64,000 nt of DNA, taken from a virus. Taxonomy: Duplodnaviria; Caudoviricetes. Shown in pieces: positions 8,404 through 18,633 of this stretch. The position numbers and the translations under genes are program-made. Within the stretch, counting starts at the first letter, position 1; each line of letters opens with the position of its first letter. The notes below the pieces were generated by a model. It had not been told where the DNA came from. It saw only the letters and a program-made list of their open reading frames with translations, and ran no database searches. Location of the stretch: IMG/VR virus record IMGVR_UViG_3300044611_001018, one strand, 5' to 3'.

Positions 8404-10769
8404 TAATCAACTCTTCCTACACAATCGACAATTCTGATAACTTTAAACTTTTGCTCATCTGTTAATGTCCCTTCGGTGTCATCCCCAATTCTTCTTACAC
8501 AAAAAACTGGTGTAATAACAGCATTATATCCTGTCTCAGATTTAATGTAAATCTCTGGTCTTTCTACAAATCCATTTCCAGAATTAATAATTCTCAAAGA
8601 GGTTAAAACACCAAATGGTCCAAATGTAGCTTCAATTTCTGCACCAGAATTTGGTTCAATAACAACTTTATCTCCTGAAGAATAGTTAATTCCAGCATTT
8701 TCAATAACCAAATCACAAATATACAAGATTGCTGGATAACTTCCAATATTAATTACTGGGAATGCATCAAGTTCTGTTGCACCATTAGTACCTGTTCCAG
8801 GTATTGCTGTGATTCCAGTAGCATTTCCAATTTGATTTTCTGGAGGCAACCCAGCATCATTTTGATTATCACCACCAAATCCAGGAGGAGTAAGTCCAAT
8901 CACAGGCGCTACACCTTCCAATATTTGCTTATCTTCTGGTCTAATTACAACATCACCTTCTCTTTGAGGAATTTCTGTTCCTGGTGGATATTGTTCCCAT
9001 CTTCCATCGGGAGTCCTAATCACAGTATTTTCAGCTGGTGCCCAGACCCTACCATCACCACCCAAATCTCCATTAGGTCTTGTTGGATAATCTGCTCCAG
9101 GACTAGGAACAGCAACATTAACAACTTGATAAGTTGGTTGTCCAGTATTTGGATCTGTTCCTCCATCTGGTGCAATAATTGGAGTTGCATACGCCCCAGA
9201 ACCTTTACCACAATTATCACTAATGTCTATAAAAGGAGCTTTAGTATAACCAGATCCCCCAGCAATAATATCAACTCCTAAAATGTCTCCTGTTGCACTT
9301 AGGATTGCATTTCCTCTTGCACCACTTCCACCACCACCCCAAAAAGTAACAGTTGGAGGACCACAAAAAACAGGACCAACATTACACCCACTTGTTGCAC
9401 TAATTGCACTATTAATTAATCCACTAAAATCAACTGCTGCTGCAATAGTATCAACTACACCAGTCGCACTACCAACCAATCCACTAACTTGAGATGCTAT
9501 TCCTTGAGCAGAATTAATAATGGAATTAATATCAAAAATTGCTGCTGGTTTCCCACCTTCAAAAATATTCCATTCTTTTGTTTCTGGACACTCCTGTTCT
9601 TCTTCACAAGCAAAAAATCCAGCCAATGCTTTTAAAAGATTTAAAATTGAATTAGCAATACTGAATGCTCCTCCAATTAAACCAGATACAGAACTAATAA
9701 TAGAATCAACAGCACCTGCGATTCTTCCAATTGTATTTCCTAATAAGTCGGCAACAAAATTTTGAACAGCACAAGCAGGAACATTGATATAACGATTAAA
9801 GATTTGATTAAGAAAATTACCAATCATCTTAAAAAGATTTGAAATCAATTTATTAAATAGACAAGTAATCAACTCCATGAGGGCATCATGCCCTTTTTTG
9901 GCTTTGTCTCTATCGGGTGGATTTATATTCTCATATAATTTTTTAGTTTCTTTATTAATTTTCTCTTCGACAAATTTACGGATTTCTTTAAATACCCATT
10001 TTAAACCTTCAGCAATAAACTCTTGTGCTTTTTGAGTTTTTTCCTGAATCCATTTTTGCTTATCAGAAATCCATCCTTGAGCAGAAGATTCCCACTCTGA
10101 TAATTGTTTTTGAGCCTTTTCAATCTTTTGAATCAACTCCTGCATAGACTTCATAATTCCAGTTAATGGAATTTTTTCACAGTCTGTAGGGGATGCAACA
10201 CCAAAAGTATATTCTTGAACAACAGATTTATCGCTTATTCCCCAAAGGTTTGCATTAAATGTTGTTTCTAGTGGAAGACCTTTTACTAATGGAACATTAA
10301 AAGCTGCTACAATATCTTTTTCTCCATACCCACTATAAGATTCAAATCCATTCTGACCTTGAGTTCTTTTAATAGGAACTTCTTCGTTATTCCCTAAAGT
10401 ACCTAAAATTATAGGATTATTTAATTTTGAAATATCTCCCCAAATACCATAAACTCTAGACCCCTGAGTTATTCCACCAATTAAACCAGCTCCTTGATGA
10501 CCACTTCCAGCAGACCCCATTCTAACCTCTGCCCATGGAAGTTGATCATCTGGGAGAAGTTTTTTATCAGCTGGATGAACATTTTGTATCCTGACTTTTA
10601 CTCTTTTTCCCCAATTTTCAAGTTGTTTAGGATTTGTAATTCCTTTTTCTTGAGAATCAGTGCTCCATGTTTCTCTTGGCGCAACAATACCTTCCCACCA
10701 ATATTTTACAAGTGGATCTTTAAGAAAGTTGTAAGGTACATCTAAAGCAGCAGAATGTGAAAATGTCAT
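8403..10769 (-). CDS. gp5: Baseplate hub/spike protein gp5 (OB-fold N-terminus)
   Basis: WWEG...GKRVKVRIQNVH...LPWAEV...QGSRVYGIW...PIILG OB-fold; GxGY repeats in the C-terminal half. Confidence 0.85.
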   Translation of the reverse strand: MTFSHSAALDVPYNFLKDPLVKYWWEGIVAPRETWSTDSQEKGITNPKQLENWGKRVKVRIQNVHPADKKLLPDDQLPWAEVRMGSAGSGHQGAGLIGGITQGSRVYGIWGDISKLNNPIILGTLGNNEEVPIKRTQGQNGFESYSGYGEKDIVAAFNVPLVKGLPLETTFNANLWGISDKSVVQEYTFGVASPTDCEKIPLTGIMKSMQELIQKIEKAQKQLSEWESSAQGWISDKQKWIQEKTQKAQEFIAEGLKWVFKEIRKFVEEKINKETKKLYENINPPDRDKAKKGHDALMELITCLFNKLISNLFKMIGNFLNQIFNRYINVPACAVQNFVADLLGNTIGRIAGAVDSIISSVSGLIGGAFSIANSILNLLKALAGFFACEEEQECPETKEWNIFEGGKPAAIFDINSIINSAQGIASQVSGLVGSATGVVDTIAAAVDFSGLINSAISATSGCNVGPVFCGPPTVTFWGGGGSGARGNAILSATGDILGVDIIAGGSGYTKAPFIDISDNCGKGSGAYATPIIAPDGGTDPNTGQPTYQVVNVAVPSPGADYPTRPNGDLGGDGRVWAPAENTVIRTPDGRWEQYPPGTEIPQREGDVVIRPEDKQILEGVAPVIGLTPPGFGGDNQNDAGLPPENQIGNATGITAIPGTGTNGATELDAFPVINIGSYPAILYICDLVIENAGINYSSGDKVVIEPNSGAEIEATFGPFGVLTSLRIINSGNGFVERPEIYIKSETGYNAVITPVFCVRRIGDDTEGTLTDEQKFKVIRIVDCVGRVD

Positions 10770-10773
10770 CTAT

Positions 10774-10986
10774 TCAATCATCATATACTTTACATTCTAA
10801 TGCATGTGGATGAGAGTCACAATATAATTCCAATGATGTAGGATCATGGTCATCTTCTGGGTGACGTTGTTGATATGCCTCTAGATCCCTCAATTCTTCC
10901 TCAGTATGGCGACGCCTTTGTGGAGAAATAGTAGGATCATCAAGAATCATTTTATCATTGTCAATATGTTGTTGAATGTTATCCAT
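10774..10986 (-). CDS. cp12: Phage CP12 (Calvin-cycle inhibitor)
   Basis: HDPTSLELYCDSHPHALECKVYDD, the CP12 C-terminal Cys-pair motif. Confidence 0.85.
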   Translation of the reverse strand: MDNIQQHIDNDKMILDDPTISPQRRRHTEEELRDLEAYQQRHPEDDHDPTSLELYCDSHPHALECKVYDD

Positions 10987-10995
10987 TTAATTAAC

Positions 10996-12297
10996 CTATC
11001 TTGGTTTTCTACCGTAAGAATCTCTAACTAATGTCATTTTAGTTAAACATGCCTTAGGTGTCAAGTAATGACATATATCTGATATGATATATATGCCACT
11101 TAATTCTTTATTTGCTATCATTTCTTTCTTTCCAGATTGCTCTGGAAAATCACAATGTACAATTTGACCTGCCCTTAAACTAAAATCTCCTGGGATACTT
11201 ATCTCAACAGACAAAGTAAACAGTTTATTATAAGTCATTCCAGATTGAACTATTGTTCTTGCTGACTCCAAATTTTCTTCCTTTCTTTTTTCAAGTTGCC
11301 TTCCTTTATTTCCAGATGGCGTTTGTCCTACATCCATTCTATGGCTATACCTTCTAGTATATTCACCATAAACACTAAAGTCTGAAGAAATTTTGGGGAA
11401 TTCTTGCCCACCTCTTGGTTTTTGATCCTCATTACCAACTTCTTTTGCTTTTGGACTAAAGGATTGTGTATATGGATTAAAAGTTTCTAGTCTGCCACCA
11501 TATGCTCCAGAATCCAAATTCTTTTGAACATCTATTGTTTTTAACGATTTATAGTTAATAATTTTAGAATCATATCCTTGTGGTAATAATGTTGAATCGT
11601 TGTAGATGAATTTTTTCTTAGGACTTCCAGCAAATAATTTATCAATCGCTCTAAAATTAAATCCATCATAAGTTTCAAAGATTAGATATCCAGCAGAAGA
11701 CTTCGCTCCTTGAGGAACTCCCATTGTTCCAACTTCCGCTATCAAATCAAATGGTTTTTTACCAGACCCATAAAAATTATATTTGTTTTCTGTAGGGTCA
11801 CTTATAATATTTTTTTTAGTTTTTAAAATTTCTTTTAAAATAATACTAACTGATTGTGAGATTTCACCATCAAATCTCTGATATACTTCTGACTTTAAAA
11901 AATCATTTGCTAAAATTTCTTTTGAGCAAAGATCAATTGTATAAATCATCTGCTCAGATGATGATAATATATTTGAAATTTTGCTAATGTAAAGTGCGTT
12001 ATTTCCAGTAAATTTTAATGTGTTGTTATCATTATCATTAAAAGTTACTTCAACCCTTTCAAATCCAGATAATTTAAGTTTATATAAAATTGCAATATCA
12101 TCAGATTTTCCTTCATTATGTCCAGAATCCAAAACTATCAAAGAAAATCTAACAGAATTATCCAATATACTTTCAAAATATGAAAAATCCACAATACCGC
12201 CAGATATATCAGCAGTCCCACTGCCTCTATTAGAATGAATGAGACATTTTGATATATTACCTGATTCTGCTTTTGTATTTGGAGTATTACCAGCCAT
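10996..12297 (-). CDS. Baseplate hub protein, gp27-like
   Basis: YFESILD...GYLIFETYDGFNFRAID...IPGDFSLRAGQ...SGIYII..ICH..T motifs. Confidence 0.7.
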   Translation of the reverse strand: MAGNTPNTKAESGNISKCLIHSNRGSGTADISGGIVDFSYFESILDNSVRFSLIVLDSGHNEGKSDDIAILYKLKLSGFERVEVTFNDNDNNTLKFTGNNALYISKISNILSSSEQMIYTIDLCSKEILANDFLKSEVYQRFDGEISQSVSIILKEILKTKKNIISDPTENKYNFYGSGKKPFDLIAEVGTMGVPQGAKSSAGYLIFETYDGFNFRAIDKLFAGSPKKKFIYNDSTLLPQGYDSKIINYKSLKTIDVQKNLDSGAYGGRLETFNPYTQSFSPKAKEVGNEDQKPRGGQEFPKISSDFSVYGEYTRRYSHRMDVGQTPSGNKGRQLEKRKEENLESARTIVQSGMTYNKLFTLSVEISIPGDFSLRAGQIVHCDFPEQSGKKEMIANKELSGIYIISDICHYLTPKACLTKMTLVRDSYGRKPR

Positions 12298-12319
12298 TTT
12301 TGAAAGTTATATTTACTAT

Positions 12320-15300
12320 TTAACCAACTTCTACAATAAAAATATGAGTTGTCCCATCAGTATCATATGAAGCACGTTGGTTTAATGCCGCAATATTACC
12401 AGAATTTGGTCTATTTGTTGATATTGACGCTTGTGTTCCAAAAGCAGATGGGTGATTTTTTTTAACGGCATCATAATATGCTTTATCAACAGGTTTTCCA
12501 TTTTTAAAATATTTTCCACCTTCCCTTTCAGTGTAAGTTGTACCCCCAACATTGCTAGAACGTATCACTCTTCCCAACTGTGCTGGTTGAGATCTTGGTG
12601 GTTGAGATGAAGTTCCTATTCCCAGAACTCTTCTGACTTCCGCACTAAATTGTTTTTCCCCTGAAGAATTATCTGAATATCCTTTTTGAACTCCACCACC
12701 ACTAGGTTTATAAAGAGGAACATCAATTGCAAGATTTGAACCATGATAACCACGGTCTCCAGGTCTATATTCACTACCAATCTCAAATCCAGCTGCTCTT
12801 AATGCTGATTTTGCTCTCTCTTTATCCGCTTCTGTTCTAAATGCAATATGTTCATGATATTTAAGTCCCCCGTGACCACCTGGGTCATAATTTGACCCTT
12901 GAGTAGAATCACCAGTAATATATTCAACAGCATTAAAAAGTCCAGGTGTTGGTGGTTTATATCCAGATGAACTAGCTGTAGGATAAACAACAACCTGACC
13001 AGATCTGCGTCCAATATCAGGATTTCTTCCTGTTATATCAGCAATAAATTGTTTATTTAGATTCTCGTGTGCATTATTTGGATCATAAGCATTACCTTTA
13101 ACTGGTTTGCTATGAGCACCTCTTTCAAATTTATTATAAAAAATACTTGCCGCTTCTTCTGGACTTGAGGCAGACTTTAATTCTCCAGCGATTCCATGAT
13201 TGTTAATATCTATTGCAATATATTGTGCCTGAACATTTCTATTATAGGGGTCTAATCCTCTATCTTGCGCCCATTTTACAAATTTAGGCCATCTATGATT
13301 CCTATCCCATTGAACCATTCCTTCATAACTAGGATTATCAGGGGTTGCAGTTCTATACCCACTCTCTCGTCTTATATTTGCAACAATACCAATTGCTGCA
13401 TTTTTTCCATAAATTGCTGCAAAATAATCTAACAAGTCCGCTTCTATTTGGGCATTAGACCCACCACGAAGTCTTGCTCCAGGGGCACCTCCTCCAGGTT
13501 GAGTTGGATCTGTACGAGGAGTGGTTTTAATATTTAAAATAGCATTTAATACACTTAAATCTCTAGAAAGAGCATTTTCAATACCCTTCATCAATCCAAG
13601 TATAGATTCATTCTTTCGTTTTATATCTCTATTATCACTTAAAACTTCACCACCAGATGATAATGCTTGAATTGCTCTTGCAATTTCATTAGATATAGAA
13701 TTGGAAGATGAATCTTGTACAGAAGCAAACAAACTCGCAAATGCTTTTGCAACATTTCTTTGACTTGTTTTAGATGGTCTATGTCCCAACATTAAATCAA
13801 TACCCATTGACATAATCTTAGAAAAAACTGATGTCTTGGGTTGTTTTAATTTTTCAGCAGCAGATACTAAATTACGAACTGGTTGTTTATTAAAATCTGT
13901 TGTAGCATATAAATCTTTTATTTTTTTCTGACCAGTTGTTAATCCTGGTGTAGTTTTATCAACTTTTAATTTTGTAATTGGTACTGCTTTACTTTTTTTC
14001 TTTTTTCCATATTTTAATCCTGGATCACGTCTACTTTTATCTCCTACTCTACCACCTCTTGCTCTGCCTTCAATCTTATCTGGAGACGATTTTGTAATTA
14101 CATTATAAAGACTAGCTCCAATTTGGTCGCCAATCAATCCACCAATAATTCCACCAATTGTAGCACCAGCAGCTCCTCCAATTAAATTACCAACTACTGG
14201 AACCACAGATCCAGCAACAGTTCCAACAGTTCCACCCAACCAAGCACCAAGAGCCTGTCCAACACCAGCACCTACTGCACCTGCTGCAGCTTTACCTAGA
14301 GGTTCTTTAAAAACTAAAGACCTAATACCAAAATCAATTAGTGGTCCTACAATTGGAATTCTTCCAGCAATTCTTCCAACATTTTTACCAGCAATTTTAG
14401 TCGCTCCACGCTGAACTAATCTTTGGTCTAGTCCTTGAGTAGGTCTGGGTGTTTGACCCCTAAGTTTTCTTAAATTCCTATTACCAAATCTATCTCCATA
14501 TTGATTATCACCAAACCTTCTTCTATATCTCTCTTGTGTTCTTGCATTAACCCTTCTACCAGACCTATCAAAACCTCGTCTTTCTGGTCCCTTAAATCTT
14601 TTATCTTTAAGTGGGTCTTCGCCACCCATAGATGCCATTCCCGCAATAATTGCGAGATTCATAAACTTAGTAAAAGTACTTGTAAACTCAGTAAACTTTT
14701 TCTCACCATCATCACCAAATAATTCTTTAATTTTAGATTGAGCCCCATCTACAAGTTTATATCCAAGATCTATTGTCGTAACAAACTTATCAAACATTCC
14801 TTTAACAAAATCTTCTATAAATGCAGTTACTGGTTTTATATAATCCAAAAACTCAACCAACTTTGGCAGTAATCTGAATATTCTTAAGACTAAAAATCCT
14901 GTAAAGATAGTTCCCAAAAACTGCTTTATTCTATCAATAATACTCATTCCTGGGATAGGAATATTTGGTAGTCCTGGTCCCCTTTTCTTTTCTTTTTTTT
15001 GTTCTAACTTATCTTCTTGTTCTTTTCTCTTTTTATTTTCATCTTGTTTTGCACGAAGTTGTACTTTTTTAACGTTAATTTTAATTGTTTTCTTAAGTAT
15101 ATCTTCTATCTTAACTACTTTTTCACGTATAACTTTAATATCTTCAACAACTTGCCTTTCAGGATCGGACAAATCTTCATTATTAATTTGTTGCGATAAA
15201 TCTACAGTTTGCTTATATTCTGTATTCTTAACAGGGACCAAAAACATTTTTGGTTGAGAAACCTTTGCAACCCTTCCACCTTCATCTGATGCATTTAATA

Positions 15301-15325
15301 ATTTTTTAGCGTCAATAAATGCCAT
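12320..15325 (-). CDS. Tape-measure/hub (gp29-like) protein with a tail-lysozyme domain and a second putative hydrolase domain
   Basis: Coiled-coil and Gly/Ala-rich hydrophobic stretch; AAIGIVANIRRESG...GMVQW lysozyme-like motif; R.GD.GYHG..LAIDV motif. Confidence 0.65.
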   Translation of the reverse strand: MAFIDAKKLLNASDEGGRVAKVSQPKMFLVPVKNTEYKQTVDLSQQINNEDLSDPERQVVEDIKVIREKVVKIEDILKKTIKINVKKVQLRAKQDENKKRKEQEDKLEQKKEKKRGPGLPNIPIPGMSIIDRIKQFLGTIFTGFLVLRIFRLLPKLVEFLDYIKPVTAFIEDFVKGMFDKFVTTIDLGYKLVDGAQSKIKELFGDDGEKKFTEFTSTFTKFMNLAIIAGMASMGGEDPLKDKRFKGPERRGFDRSGRRVNARTQERYRRRFGDNQYGDRFGNRNLRKLRGQTPRPTQGLDQRLVQRGATKIAGKNVGRIAGRIPIVGPLIDFGIRSLVFKEPLGKAAAGAVGAGVGQALGAWLGGTVGTVAGSVVPVVGNLIGGAAGATIGGIIGGLIGDQIGASLYNVITKSSPDKIEGRARGGRVGDKSRRDPGLKYGKKKKSKAVPITKLKVDKTTPGLTTGQKKIKDLYATTDFNKQPVRNLVSAAEKLKQPKTSVFSKIMSMGIDLMLGHRPSKTSQRNVAKAFASLFASVQDSSSNSISNEIARAIQALSSGGEVLSDNRDIKRKNESILGLMKGIENALSRDLSVLNAILNIKTTPRTDPTQPGGGAPGARLRGGSNAQIEADLLDYFAAIYGKNAAIGIVANIRRESGYRTATPDNPSYEGMVQWDRNHRWPKFVKWAQDRGLDPYNRNVQAQYIAIDINNHGIAGELKSASSPEEAASIFYNKFERGAHSKPVKGNAYDPNNAHENLNKQFIADITGRNPDIGRRSGQVVVYPTASSSGYKPPTPGLFNAVEYITGDSTQGSNYDPGGHGGLKYHEHIAFRTEADKERAKSALRAAGFEIGSEYRPGDRGYHGSNLAIDVPLYKPSGGGVQKGYSDNSSGEKQFSAEVRRVLGIGTSSQPPRSQPAQLGRVIRSSNVGGTTYTEREGGKYFKNGKPVDKAYYDAVKKNHPSAFGTQASISTNRPNSGNIAALNQRASYDTDGTTHIFIVEVG

Positions 15326-15326
15326 C

Positions 15327-17711
15327 TTATGCTATCCCTCTTATACCATAAGTCATTATATTTTTAGTACGAGTTGTACTATTGTAAGTTCCAGGGAAAG
15401 ATGTATCAAGGTCACGAGAACCAACCCCATGTTGTGCTTTAATTTGTTTTTTAGCTTTATTAATTGTTGTAGAAGTAATTTCAATTCTTCTTGTTGGTGG
15501 TGAAATATTTGATGCAACTTCAATGTTTTTATTTGGTAGAACTCTAGATTGTGGTCCAATAACTGGTTGTCCACGGAGATTTACATATCCATCTGGTTCA
15601 TATCCCATTTGTCTCATCATTATTTCTTGGCGTCTTGCGGCACCTTTTATAGTCTGAACATTTTTTCCAAAATTTTTAAACGCCCCACCAACAAATGAAC
15701 CAGATTGTATTGGTCTTGGTTTTGGAAAACTTACCTGAACTGGGTCATAAGGACTCCAATCTCGTATCATACCTGCTGCCGAAGGAGATTGATTATATCT
15801 CTGAACCTGTTGTGGTGAGAATTGCTTTCCAGGAATTTGTGGAAGTCTAACTCGATTAAGATTTAATCCAAGAAATTTATTCCGATATCCCATATCAGCG
15901 TATCTTGGTGCCATTACTCTACCAGTTCCAGGCAGTCCAAGATTTCCCAAAAAGTCCAAAGCATTGCCAATAAGACCACCACCAGATGCAAGTTGAATAT
16001 TATTAACCATTTTAGGAACGTTGGTTCCTCCGCCAGATTTGTTTAATCTTAAGAAAAAGTTTGCTCCATACTTATTAACTGCCTCTTTTGAAATAACAAT
16101 TTCTCCAGGTCTTGCTGCAATCAATTGTGTATCTTTTCCTGCTCCCGTTATCCTTTGTCCAGAATCTTCAGTTACTTGTGCTCCCCCAGCAAATGCATCT
16201 GCTTTTATCGGTTCTTCTTTTACTCTACGAGATAAAATTCTACCACCACCACTTGCGCCTTGAAGAGACCCAAATTGAGTTGTTGGTCCCAAATTACCCA
16301 CACTAGGGGTTTTATCACCCATAGTATCAGTTCCCTGAACTCCTAAACCTTCTCCTCTTTGTGCTCTTGCTTTATTATCTGCTTGAACAGATGCTGCTTG
16401 ACGTTGCCCAGTAACCTCATTTGCGGCAATTGCCAATCCAGTGACTGCTAAAGCACCAGCAACATATGGATTTTTCTTTAAAAAGTTCAACAGCATAGGA
16501 ATTCCCTTCCTTGCCATTGTAAATGTTAATTTGGTTAAAGTACCAATGACTGTTCTAATTAATTTACCAGCAGAAGTTCCAAATAGTAAAAATCCAGCAA
16601 GTAAAGCAGGCCACCAATCTTTTATAAATCGAAGAATTGTATCTACTTTATTTTTGTTTTCTGGATTTGCAAACCACCTAAACAATTTTAATACCAAATG
16701 TCCAACAAGAACCGTGGTTAAAAATTGAATAATTTTATCTAAAAGACTCTGCACTGGTGATAACATTTTTTTAGCAAGTGCTAAAGCTGCTTTTCCACCT
16801 TTTTCTAACAGATTTTCCTTATCTTGTCTCTTCTTCCCTTCCTTTAGTCTCCTATCTTTCTCTAACTCCTTTCTAATCATAGAAATTTGTTGAGACATTA
16901 AATCTGCAATAGACTCAACAGTTTTTCTAATCGCAGCAATATCATCAGCAATTGCTGCAAGACCAACTAATTTTTTATCACCTTCTTCTTTTTCTGGAAA
17001 TGCTACTTTTTGAGCAACAAAAAATGAACCTGTTCTAATTGCTAAAGGACCTCCACCAAATCCTCCAGTATTAACAGTTTTTCTTTTAATTCTAAATCTA
17101 CCAACTTTACCCTTTACTCGCTTCCACTCATTTGTTAACAACTCTGCTTCTTCTGTTGGTATATTATTACCCGTCATTCTAGCAGCAGCCATTCTCTCCC
17201 TTAATAAAGAGAGGTATGTTGCATAATCAATGTCGAAGACATTATCGATCCCTAATAATTTTAATACCCTTTCATCAATATCTTCATCAACAAGGTCTTC
17301 TTCATTAACACCTTCATATAATCTTTCTTTACCTGGGGGTTCTTGTTGTGAACCATTAGTTTTATCAGTAGGAACTAATGCACCAGTATCCTTTTCTTTT
17401 GGTAATTTTTTCTTAGTTCCTAGATTTTCTACATAATATTCCCACAAGTATAAAATATAACTATTAAACGACTCCCATTCTTTTGAATTTTGTGGTCTAG
17501 CATATTTTGGTGACGGATAATCTTTTGTAGATTTGTCCCAAGCACTTAAAAAGATATCTTTAACTCTATCTGCATTTACATTATATGTGTTTGCAATCAA
17601 AAATTTAGCAAAGTCCATTCTTTCTGCAAGAATGGATCTCCACAGTCCACGCTTTGCCTGAACAGAAGAATAAGATATAAACTTTTCTACATACTTGGGT
17701 TTATCCGCCAT
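15327..17711 (-). CDS. Tape-measure/baseplate hub-associated protein
   Basis: 794 aa; coiled coils, hydrophobic helices, DTQLIAARPGEIVI motif; lies between gp51 and the 1001-aa protein. Confidence 0.6.
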   Translation of the reverse strand: MADKPKYVEKFISYSSVQAKRGLWRSILAERMDFAKFLIANTYNVNADRVKDIFLSAWDKSTKDYPSPKYARPQNSKEWESFNSYILYLWEYYVENLGTKKKLPKEKDTGALVPTDKTNGSQQEPPGKERLYEGVNEEDLVDEDIDERVLKLLGIDNVFDIDYATYLSLLRERMAAARMTGNNIPTEEAELLTNEWKRVKGKVGRFRIKRKTVNTGGFGGGPLAIRTGSFFVAQKVAFPEKEEGDKKLVGLAAIADDIAAIRKTVESIADLMSQQISMIRKELEKDRRLKEGKKRQDKENLLEKGGKAALALAKKMLSPVQSLLDKIIQFLTTVLVGHLVLKLFRWFANPENKNKVDTILRFIKDWWPALLAGFLLFGTSAGKLIRTVIGTLTKLTFTMARKGIPMLLNFLKKNPYVAGALAVTGLAIAANEVTGQRQAASVQADNKARAQRGEGLGVQGTDTMGDKTPSVGNLGPTTQFGSLQGASGGGRILSRRVKEEPIKADAFAGGAQVTEDSGQRITGAGKDTQLIAARPGEIVISKEAVNKYGANFFLRLNKSGGGTNVPKMVNNIQLASGGGLIGNALDFLGNLGLPGTGRVMAPRYADMGYRNKFLGLNLNRVRLPQIPGKQFSPQQVQRYNQSPSAAGMIRDWSPYDPVQVSFPKPRPIQSGSFVGGAFKNFGKNVQTIKGAARRQEIMMRQMGYEPDGYVNLRGQPVIGPQSRVLPNKNIEVASNISPPTRRIEITSTTINKAKKQIKAQHGVGSRDLDTSFPGTYNSTTRTKNIMTYGIRGIA

Positions 17712-17868
17712 TTTGTTGTTGCTTTAATTTCTCTTCTTCTAAGTGAGCCTTCAACAGAGCAACATAAACATCTCGCTCCCATGGCATTAGATTTTCAATT
17801 TCAGTTAATGAATATTTATGATACTGCATTAACGCAAAATTTAATTTATAATAATTCTCCAAGTCCAT
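17701..17868 (-). CDS. gp51: Baseplate hub assembly catalyst gp51
   Basis: Hand translation MDLENYYKLNFALMQYHKYSLTEIENLMPWERDVYVALLKAHLEEEKLKQQQNGG*; below the track length cut-off. Confidence 0.85.
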   Translation of the reverse strand: MDLENYYKLNFALMQYHKYSLTEIENLMPWERDVYVALLKAHLEEEKLKQQQNGG

Positions 17869-17879
17869 GTGAGAGAGGG

Positions 17880-18599
17880 CTATGCGAAAAAACTTGATAG
17901 TCCCTCCAGAACTACAGTACTTTCAACTCCAGTTTTAGGATTCTTAACTGCAATTTCATGAGATAATTTTGGCATAGTCTCAAAGAACTTTTCAATTTGT
18001 TTAAATTGAGATGAATTCATTTGATCTAAAAACTCAACAACTTCTTTTTTAGTTAAATCTGAAGTTGCCCAGGATTCCTCTTCGGTATAAATTTGATCAA
18101 TACAAGTAGCAATAAGGTCAAAAGATTGTTCAACTGTACCACCAGAGGCAAAATCAAAATTATTTTTAATAAATTGGTCTAATGATGGATACTTCATTTC
18201 CATCATAATACTATCATCAACTTTAATTTGTTTATTATGTTCTTCGTTCTTTTTAACACTAATATCATCAATATTAATTTTAACTGGCACTAATGTTTCT
18301 TCATCATCTGGACAAATCACATTAACTTCTAAATCTTCACCTACAGACTTTCCTCTAATATTAAGAAATAAATATTCAATATCAAATGTAGGCAATTCTT
18401 CTACTTTAATGCTTTTTGTTAAAACACAGTTTTTAATTACGGTTTTGATTGCCGTAGTAATTTGCTTAGTATCTTCACTTTCTAAAGCAAGAACAAGAAG
18501 TTTTTCCTCTCTTACCAAAAAAGGTCTATATTGAATTGTTTTACCAGTTGATGGCAATTCAAGTTCATAAGTTGGTGTAGATATCTTAGGTAAAGGCAT
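17880..18599 (-). CDS. gp26: Baseplate hub subunit gp26
   Basis: MPLPKISTPTYELELPS...YRPFLVREEK...RGKSVGE...EGLSSFF. Confidence 0.92.
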   Translation of the reverse strand: MPLPKISTPTYELELPSTGKTIQYRPFLVREEKLLVLALESEDTKQITTAIKTVIKNCVLTKSIKVEELPTFDIEYLFLNIRGKSVGEDLEVNVICPDDEETLVPVKINIDDISVKKNEEHNKQIKVDDSIMMEMKYPSLDQFIKNNFDFASGGTVEQSFDLIATCIDQIYTEEESWATSDLTKKEVVEFLDQMNSSQFKQIEKFFETMPKLSHEIAVKNPKTGVESTVVLEGLSSFFA

Positions 18600-18633
18600 G
18601 ATATTCTGATATAAGTTTCAGTATGTTTATTTA

